32,000 bases of DNA from Kineococcus radiotolerans SRS30216 = ATCC BAA-149 (lineage in GTDB: Bacteria > Actinomycetota > Actinomycetes > Actinomycetales > Kineococcaceae), in assembly GCF_000017305.1 (NCBI RefSeq), contig NC_009664.2, positions 3,150,001-3,182,000 on the forward strand. Reading direction: 5' to 3'. Each line of letters opens with the position of its first letter. The first letter of the stretch is position 1. Positions 24,879-30,888 of this stretch are shown here, piece by piece. Position numbers and translations under genes: made by a program. Under the pieces are notes generated by a model that worked only from the letters and a program-made list of their open reading frames with translations, searched no databases and was not told the origin of the DNA.

Positions 24879-24961
24879 CCTTCGGGCAGGTTGTACGACC
24901 AGCCTGAGAACGACGGCTCCCGCGACTACGCGGGCCCCGTCCACCGGTGCAGGAGTCCTCC

Positions 24962-25342
24962 GTGACCCGATCCCCCTCTGCCAGCCCCTGGGTCTTCCAC
25001 CCGGACGACGTCCTCGAACCCGTCCTGCGCGTGCGCCTGGACCCCCGCCCCGACCACCTGCGCGTGGTGCCCGTCGGCGAGCTGGACGACTCGTCGGTGG
25101 ACCTGCTGCGCGCCGCCGTCGAGCACGCCCTCGCCCAGCGCCGCGACGTGCAGCTGGTCATGGCCGAGGTCACCTTCTGCGACGTGGCGGCGGTGGAGGA
25201 CGTCCTGCGGCTGCAGCGCACCGCCCACGACGCCGGGCACCGCCTCGTCCTCACCGGCGTCCGGCCGTTCCTGCTGCACGTGCTCACCGTCCTGGGGGTC
25301 GCGGACGTCCTCTGCCCGCACCTCGTCCGCCGGGTCTCCTGA
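24962..25342 (+). CDS. STAS domain protein (anti-sigma-factor antagonist fold)
   Basis: AGGAG (24951-24955) lies 6 nt upstream of GTG 24962. GTG 24947 is an alternative start. LRVVPVGELDDSSVDLLRAAVEHAL...VQLVMAEVTFCDVAAVEDVL...LVLTGVRPFLLHVLTVLGV follows the SpoIIAA/RsbV pattern. Confidence 0.75.
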   Translation: MTRSPSASPWVFHPDDVLEPVLRVRLDPRPDHLRVVPVGELDDSSVDLLRAAVEHALAQRRDVQLVMAEVTFCDVAAVEDVLRLQRTAHDAGHRLVLTGVRPFLLHVLTVLGVADVLCPHLVRRVS

Positions 25343-25394
25343 CCGCCCCGGTTCGCCGGGTGCCCGTTCGCCGCGCGCGTGCGAGGCTGTGCGG

Positions 25395-25436
25395 GTCCGG
25401 TGCGGGACGGCACCGGGCGGCACCGAGCGGGGTGCC
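25395..25436 (+). promoter_or_regulatory. Two abutting hairpins, each with a 6-nt loop, in the leader of the ANTAR gene
   Basis: Hairpin 1 pairs CCGGTGC (25397-25403) with GCACCGG (25410-25416) around the loop GGGACG. Hairpin 2 pairs GGCACC (25419-25424) with GGTGCC (25431-25436) around the loop GAGCGG. The arms are cross-complementary, because GGTGC and GCACC each occur twice. The GGAGG ribosome-binding site is at 25448-25452 and the GTG at 25458. Confidence 0.35.
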
Positions 25437-25457
25437 TCGTGACGAGCGGAGGTCGCC

Positions 25458-26711
25458 GTGCAGCGCGCCCGGATCCACGCCGAGGGCGCCGACCCGGCCC
25501 GGCGCCTCGAGGTCGTCACCGAGGAGCTGGCGGTGGCCACCGAGGAGCTGGCCGCGCAGCAGCAGGAGATCACCGCCCTCCTGGCCCGCGAGGCCTCCGC
25601 GCACCGGGTGCTGCGCGCGGTGGCGGAGTCGGTGGACCTGCCCGTCGTCACCACCGACGCGGACGGGGCCGTGACCGCGGCCAACGAGGCCGCCTCGGCC
25701 CTGCTGGGCGTCCCGCTGGCCCGGTTGCCGCGCGCCCCCCTGCTCACCCACGTCGCCGCGCCCCACCGGGCCCGGGCCCGCCGCCTCCTCGCCCTCGCCC
25801 GGGAGGCGGGGGGCGCCTCCGGCGAGCTGGACCTGGTCCCGCGCCACGGGGACCCCGTGCACGCCCACGTGGCCCTCACCCCGGCCGAGGACGGCCCGCG
25901 GGCGGGGGCCTGGGGCGGGGGCGCCGTCTCCTGGGTCCTGTCCACCCCCGGGGAGCCGCCGCACCGGGAGCCACTGCTGCGGGCCCTGGCCGACCTCACC
26001 TCGCTGCCCGTGGCCGACGGCGACCGGCACGGGGCGCTGGCCCGGCTGACGGCGAGCACGACCGCGGCCGTCCCCGGGGCGGCCTGGACCAGCGTCACGC
26101 TCGGCAGCCCCCTCGCGCCGGAGGAGGTCGTGGCGGACTCCACCGGGGCCCAGGCGTTCGACGGGGCGCAGTGGCGGGCCGGCGAGGGGCCCGGGGTCGT
26201 GGCCGCCGAGGGGGGCGCCGTCGTCGGGGTCCTCGACGTCCGCGCCGACGCCCGGTGGCCGCGGCTGACGGCCGCGGTGGCCGCGCTGCCCGTGCGCTCG
26301 GTGCTGGCCGCCCCGCTCGTCGTCGACGACGAGGTCGCGGGGGTGCTGACCGTGGGGTCGGAGGAACCGGGGGCGTTCGCCGGGGAGGGCCCCCGCGCCC
26401 GGGCCGAGGTGTTCGCCGGGGCCGCGGCGGCCCTGCTGGTGTCCCTGCGGCAGGTGGGGGAACTGCGCTCGACGGCGGAGCACCTGCAGCTGGCCATGGC
26501 CTTCCGCTCCACCATCGAGCAGGCCAAGGGCCTGGTGGCCGCGTGGCTGGGGTGCTCGATCGAGCAGGCCTTCGACGTCCTGACCCAGCTCAGCCAGGAC
26601 CGCAACGTCAAGGTGCGCGACGTCGCGGCGCTGCTGGTGAAGGACCCCGGCGACCAGGCCCTCCTGGCGCTGCTGCGCCGGGCGGCGGTCCGGGTGGTCC
26701 GGCGCGCCTGA
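25458..26711 (+). CDS. Coiled-coil / PAS / GAF / ANTAR domain RNA-binding regulator
   Basis: 417 aa. The N-terminal coiled coil is EELAVATEELAAQQQEI. The PAS-like segment shows VVTTDADGAVTAANEAASALLG. A GAF-like middle region follows. The C-terminal ANTAR signature is STIEQAKGLVAAWLGCSIEQAFDVLTQLSQDRNVKVRDVA. Confidence 0.85.
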   Translation: MQRARIHAEGADPARRLEVVTEELAVATEELAAQQQEITALLAREASAHRVLRAVAESVDLPVVTTDADGAVTAANEAASALLGVPLARLPRAPLLTHVAAPHRARARRLLALAREAGGASGELDLVPRHGDPVHAHVALTPAEDGPRAGAWGGGAVSWVLSTPGEPPHREPLLRALADLTSLPVADGDRHGALARLTASTTAAVPGAAWTSVTLGSPLAPEEVVADSTGAQAFDGAQWRAGEGPGVVAAEGGAVVGVLDVRADARWPRLTAAVAALPVRSVLAAPLVVDDEVAGVLTVGSEEPGAFAGEGPRARAEVFAGAAAALLVSLRQVGELRSTAEHLQLAMAFRSTIEQAKGLVAAWLGCSIEQAFDVLTQLSQDRNVKVRDVAALLVKDPGDQALLALLRRAAVRVVRRA

Positions 26712-26782
26712 GGGCGGCGCCCGGTTGCCGGCCGGGGGGTTCCGCGGGACGGTGGTGCCAGGAACGGACGAGGAGGAACGTC

Positions 26783-27184
26783 GTGGCCCGGCTCGAACTC
26801 GACGCGCACCTGTCCTCGGTCGGCACCGCCCGGCACTGGGCGGCGGGGGAGTTCCTGCGCACCGGCCGCGGCGGGGACGCCGCCGCCCTGGGTGTCCTGG
26901 AACTCCTCGTCACCGAGACCGTCGCCAACGCCGTCCACCACGGCCGCGGGCCGCTGCGCCTGGACCTGACCCGGGACGGGGCCACCGGTCGCGTCCGGGT
27001 GTCCGTGCACGACGGTGAACCGCGCCCCCCGGTCCTGCGCACCGTCGGCCCGCGCGCCACCGGGGGACGGGGCATCGCCCTCGTCGACCGCCTCGCCGCC
27101 GCCTGGGGGACCGACCTGGAGGGTCCCGCGGGCAAGACGGTGTGGTTCGACGTGGCCCCCGGCCCCGTCCTCGCGGCCGCCTGA
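26783..27184 (+). CDS. RsbW/SpoIIAB-like HATPase_c anti-sigma-factor-type serine kinase
   Basis: AGGAGGA (26771-26777) lies 5 nt upstream of GTG 26783, 133 aa. The N-box is LVTETVANAVHH, the G1-like box is VHDGEP, and the G2-like box is GGRGIALVDRLA. Confidence 0.75.
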   Translation: MARLELDAHLSSVGTARHWAAGEFLRTGRGGDAAALGVLELLVTETVANAVHHGRGPLRLDLTRDGATGRVRVSVHDGEPRPPVLRTVGPRATGGRGIALVDRLAAAWGTDLEGPAGKTVWFDVAPGPVLAAA

Positions 27185-27218
27185 GGACCCCCGCCCGTTC
27201 CGTCCCACGACCGGCGGA

Positions 27219-27254
27219 GGGGCCGGTGGGGCGCCGTCGCGCCCCACCGGCCCC
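27219..27254. terminator. Perfect 16-bp hairpin between convergent genes (bidirectional terminator)
   Basis: GGGGCCGGTGGGGCGC (27219-27234) pairs perfectly with GCGCCCCACCGGCCCC (27239-27254) around the loop CGTC. Confidence 0.65.
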
Positions 27255-27280
27255 CGGGTCGTGCCGTCCGGTGGTGCCGC

Positions 27281-29203
27281 TCAGGTGCCCGCGGGCACCG
27301 GGTAGTCGACGACGTAGCTCGGCGTGCCGGTGTTGCTGTTGTCGACCGGGGCGCCGGTGTCGTTGACGACGTGGTCGATGGTGCCGGCGCTGAGGTTGAC
27401 GGTGAGGACGTGGTGCAGCCTCACCCCCGGGGTGACCGGGACCTCGAAACCGCGCGTCGCGTGGATCGAGGGGTCGTTGCTGGTGAAGACGTAGGACCCG
27501 CCCCCGTACAGGCGGTGCCTCTGCACGTCGTCGGCCACCTTGTACGCCGCCCAGCCCAGGACGCCGTCGTGCTGCCACGCGGCCTGGTTAGGCGGGTCGT
27601 AGGGCAGTTCGTTCTGGAAGAAGACGGTGGTCCCGTCCTCGCCGTTCCAGATGACGTTGTACTCCTGGAAGTGCTCGACGAACAGGCCGGTCGCGGTGAC
27701 GCGGTCGCCGTTGACGACGACGCCGTTGCGGCCGGTGCTGACCGCCCAGCGCTCGTCGTCGTTCGCGAAACCCTCGACGCCGTGGTCGGCGCGCCACACC
27801 CAGGTGTGGTCGACGAGGACGTCGTCGCTGTTGATCTCGAGGCTGACCTCGGCCTTGCCCACGTGCGGGCCGCCGACGCGGAAGTACACGTCGGACAGGG
27901 TCGTCGGGTTCGCCGGGTCGCTCTTGCCGGGGTTCTGCCGGCCGTGCCGGTCGCCGACCCGCAGCAGGGCCGGGGACTCCACGGTGCCGGCGTCGAAGGA
28001 GACGCCGGCGACGATCACGCCGGGGACGTCGGCGACCGTCATGGGGACGGCGCCGCCGACGGCCGTGAGCGTCGCGTGGCCCAGGCCCAGGACGACCGTG
28101 CCGGCGCGCTTGACGGCGATGCTCCTGGCGACGTCGTAGACCCCCGGCGTGAGGAGGAGGTTCCGGCCGCGGGCGAGTTCCCGGTTGATCTCCTGCACGC
28201 TGCTGGAGGGGCTGGCGACGAAGAAGTCGCTGAGCGGCAGGGTGCGCCCCGCGGTCGGGCCCTCGTCCCAGGAGACGCCGGAGGAGTTCCGCTGCGCCGA
28301 CGGGACGCGCACGTTGTACTTCCCGTCCCGGCCGAGGAACAGGTAGGGCTTCTCGCGGCTGACCGGGGTCGTGGCGAGGGTCGTGTACGGCGGGGTGGGG
28401 AACCCGGTCTCGGCCGGGGCGCCCTCGACGCCCGAGAAGACCTGGTTCCAGACGCCGTTGCTCCAGCTGCCGATCGTGCTGCCGCGGGTGTACCACTGCT
28501 GCTGGGAGCCGTTGACGACGTCGCCGGTCTTCGAGTCGGCGATGTAGCCGCCGCTGGCGTACTGCGGGCCCGCGGTGCAGTAGTCCATCAGCGACAGGGT
28601 CCCGCCGGTGACGTTCACCCGGCGCATCGAGACGGCCTGGGAGACCGCCCAGAAGTTCGCCGTGCCGCGGCAGTCGTCCTGACCCGCGCCGTTGACGTCG
28701 ATGGTGAGGTTGGACAGGGTGCGCCAGAAGTTGACCAGGGCGAGGCAGTTGCTCGTGCCCCCGCCCTCCAGGCAGCGGTTGTAGACCTCCACCTTGCCGT
28801 TGATGGTCACGTCGCTCGGCGACGCCCCGAGGCCGGCGACCTCGGTGTAGTAGCCGACCTGCATCTGCAGCGGGTTCTCGTCGGTGCCGTAGACGCCGGG
28901 CTTGAACAGCAGCGCGTAGCGCTGGGTGCCCATCTCGGCGTCGATCTGCTGGGCGTTGACCTCGTCGACCTTCTGCTGGATCTGCTCGACCGGCATGCTC
29001 GGGTCGAAGACCACGACGTTGGTGCCGAGGCCGGGGGCCGCCGGGCCGGGCGCGCGCGGCGGGGCCGCCGCGGCCGGGGGGACGACCGCCGCGCCGGTCG
29101 TCACGGCGACGGCGAGGGCCAGGGCGCGGGCGAGGTGGCGGGGGCGGCGGTGGGGGCCGGCCGGTGCCCGGGAGCTGCTCGTGGGGGGTGCTGCGGTCTG
29201 CAC
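27281..29203 (-). CDS. Secreted right-handed beta-helix (pectin-lyase-fold) protein, probable polysaccharide hydrolase/lyase
   Basis: GGAGAGGA lies 6 nt upstream of GTG 29203, 640 aa. The signal peptide has an HRRPRHLARALALAVAV core and an AAA cleavage site. Repetitive beta-helix-like segments are present (VNGxxV turns, LTIDVNG, VVVNGDRV). The exact family was not recognised. Confidence 0.7.
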   Translation of the reverse strand: MQTAAPPTSSSRAPAGPHRRPRHLARALALAVAVTTGAAVVPPAAAAPPRAPGPAAPGLGTNVVVFDPSMPVEQIQQKVDEVNAQQIDAEMGTQRYALLFKPGVYGTDENPLQMQVGYYTEVAGLGASPSDVTINGKVEVYNRCLEGGGTSNCLALVNFWRTLSNLTIDVNGAGQDDCRGTANFWAVSQAVSMRRVNVTGGTLSLMDYCTAGPQYASGGYIADSKTGDVVNGSQQQWYTRGSTIGSWSNGVWNQVFSGVEGAPAETGFPTPPYTTLATTPVSREKPYLFLGRDGKYNVRVPSAQRNSSGVSWDEGPTAGRTLPLSDFFVASPSSSVQEINRELARGRNLLLTPGVYDVARSIAVKRAGTVVLGLGHATLTAVGGAVPMTVADVPGVIVAGVSFDAGTVESPALLRVGDRHGRQNPGKSDPANPTTLSDVYFRVGGPHVGKAEVSLEINSDDVLVDHTWVWRADHGVEGFANDDERWAVSTGRNGVVVNGDRVTATGLFVEHFQEYNVIWNGEDGTTVFFQNELPYDPPNQAAWQHDGVLGWAAYKVADDVQRHRLYGGGSYVFTSNDPSIHATRGFEVPVTPGVRLHHVLTVNLSAGTIDHVVNDTGAPVDNSNTGTPSYVVDYPVPAGT

Positions 29204-29231
29204 GTGGAGTCCTCTCCATCGAGGGGTGTCC

Positions 29232-29256
29232 CCGCAGTGACTCGTGTCACCTGCGG
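29232..29256. promoter_or_regulatory. Imperfect 25-bp inverted repeat; candidate LacI-family operator
   Basis: The sequence is CCGCAGTGAC-TCGT-GTCA(C)CTGCGG, with 10 paired positions, one bulged C and a central CG. It lies 29-53 nt upstream of the beta-helix gene start, in the region it shares with the divergent LacI gene. Confidence 0.35.
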
Positions 29257-29338
29257 TGCTCGCTAGCCTAGGGCCGGGCCCGGGGATGTCAACGGACCGC
29301 GTGGCGCGGGTGCGGTCGGGTGAGCGGGAGGGGGAGCC

Positions 29339-30328
29339 GTGGGGCGGGTCACCAGCAGCGACGTCGCCCGCGCGAGCGGCGTCTCGCGGACGACGGTGAG
29401 CTACGTCCTCAACGCCCGCGAGGGCGCCCTCATCTCCGAGGCGACCCGCGAACGGGTCAAGGCCGCCGCCGCGGCCCTGGGCTACGCCCCCTCCGCCGCG
29501 GCCCGCACCCTGCGCGCGGGACGCAGCGACCTCGTGGTGTGCGTGCTGCCGGACTGGCCGACGGGTCCCGTGGTCGACTCGGTGCTGGACCACCTCGCCG
29601 ACGCCCTCGCCGAGCGCGGTCTCGCCCTGCTCGTGCACCACGCCCGCGACGAGCGGCCCCTCTCCGACCTGTGGCCGGTGGTCACCCCGCGCGCGGTCGT
29701 CGGCCTGAGCGCGTTCACCCCCGAGGACGAGCGGGTCATGCAGCAGGCCGGCATCGAGGTCGTCGTGGTCCTGCAGGAGGAGGACCCCCACCGCCCCGGC
29801 GCCCTCACCGCCTCCCAGGGCGGGGTGGGGGGGCTGCAGGTCCAGCACCTGGCCGCCGCCGGGCACCGCCGCACCGGCTACGCCTACCCCACCGACCCCC
29901 GCCTCGCGGGTTTCGCCGACCTCCGCCTGGCCGGGGTCGTCCGCCGCTGCGCGGACCTGGGGCTGCCCGCGCCGCTCGTCGAGCCGGTGTCCCTCGACGT
30001 CGCCTCGGCGGTGCGCGCGGTCACCGCCTGGCGGCGCGCGAACCCGCCGGTCACCGCCGTCGCCGCCTACAACGACGAGGTGGCCCTCGCGGTGCTGGCC
30101 GGGCTGCGCGCCGAGGGGCTGGCCGTGCCCGGCGACGTCGCCGTCATCGGCGTGGACGACGTCCCCGCCGCCCGGCTGGTGACCCCGGCCCTGACCACGG
30201 TGTCCCAGGCCGCCGAGGTCCAGGCCGGGCACCTGGCCGCCCAGGTGGTCGACGCCCTCGACGGCGGGGGGAACCCGCCGCCCGACCCGGGCGACGTCCT
30301 GGGGCTCGTGGTCCGCGAGTCCGCCTGA
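29339..30328 (+). CDS. LacI family transcriptional regulator
   Basis: GGAGG lies 7 nt upstream of GTG 29339, 329 aa. The HTH is VTSSDVARASGVSRTTVSYVLN, followed by KAAAAALGYAPSAAARTLRAG and a sugar-binding domain. Confidence 0.85.
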   Translation: MGRVTSSDVARASGVSRTTVSYVLNAREGALISEATRERVKAAAAALGYAPSAAARTLRAGRSDLVVCVLPDWPTGPVVDSVLDHLADALAERGLALLVHHARDERPLSDLWPVVTPRAVVGLSAFTPEDERVMQQAGIEVVVVLQEEDPHRPGALTASQGGVGGLQVQHLAAAGHRRTGYAYPTDPRLAGFADLRLAGVVRRCADLGLPAPLVEPVSLDVASAVRAVTAWRRANPPVTAVAAYNDEVALAVLAGLRAEGLAVPGDVAVIGVDDVPAARLVTPALTTVSQAAEVQAGHLAAQVVDALDGGGNPPPDPGDVLGLVVRESA

Positions 30329-30396
30329 GGGACCCGCGCCGCCCTGCGCTGGCCCGCGCCGCCGGCTCGCGCACGAACGCTTCGCCCGCGAACGGG

Positions 30397-30402
30397 TAGC
30401 CT
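30397..30402 (+). promoter_or_regulatory. Candidate -10 box TAGCCT for a leaderless MarR/OhrR gene
   Basis: TAGCCT-gcggag-GTG (30409), a TANNNT hexamer 6 nt upstream of the start. Confidence 0.3.
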
Positions 30403-30408
30403 GCGGAG

Positions 30409-30870
30409 GTGCCCACCACCGACGAGACGGCCGATCCGCTCGCCCTCGAGCGCCAGGTCTGCTTCGCGCTCGTCGTGGCCGCCCGGAGCGTGCTGTCGGT
30501 GTACCGGCCCGTGCTGGAACCGCTCGGGCTGACCCACCCCCAGTACCTCGTGATGCTGGCCCTGTGGGGGAACGAGCCCCTGTCGGTCAAGGACCTCAGC
30601 GAGGCCCTCCAGCTCGACCCGCCGACGCTGTCGCCGCTGCTGAAGCGCCTGGAGGCCGCGGGCCTGCTGGAGCGCCGGCGCCTGCCCGAGGACCAGCGCT
30701 CGCTGGCCGTGACCCTCACCGGGCGGGGCCGCGCGCTGCGCACCGAGGCGCTGAGGGTGCCGCCGCAGATCGTCGAGCGGCTGGGGATGGACGTGCACGA
30801 GCTGGAGCAGCTGCGCGACGGGCTGACCCACGTCATCGGCGCGGCCGTCCGCGCCGGCGAGGGCTCCTGA
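30409..30870 (+). CDS. ohrR: MarR family regulator, 1-Cys OhrR-like
   Basis: 153 aa. LALERQVCFALVVA holds the single Cys, in the OhrR sensing context. LGLTHPQYLVMLALW and RRRLPEDQRSLAVTLTGRG form the wing. Confidence 0.7.
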   Translation: MPTTDETADPLALERQVCFALVVAARSVLSVYRPVLEPLGLTHPQYLVMLALWGNEPLSVKDLSEALQLDPPTLSPLLKRLEAAGLLERRRLPEDQRSLAVTLTGRGRALRTEALRVPPQIVERLGMDVHELEQLRDGLTHVIGAAVRAGEGS

Positions 30871-30888
30871 GCGGAGCCCCCGCGGCCC

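Noticed and set aside
24877-24933. Two small hairpins (AACCT-TCGGGC-AGGTT and CCCGCG-ACTA-CGCGGG) upstream of the STAS gene, considered as a second ANTAR-type dual hairpin
   Set aside because: The loop sizes and sequences do not fit the A1/G4 hexaloop rule. The first stem is weak and overlaps the lrp stop codon, so it is more likely a modest terminator.
24926-27247. 773-aa ORF antisense to the STAS/ANTAR/ATPase genes; also the frame-shifted ORFs 20128-22521 (+), 22480-24339 (-) and 22626-24344 (+)
   Set aside because: Their translations are low-complexity Arg/Gly/Pro/Ala. The alternative frames carry the recognisable STAS, ANTAR, HATPase, GH13, LacI and YitT sequences.
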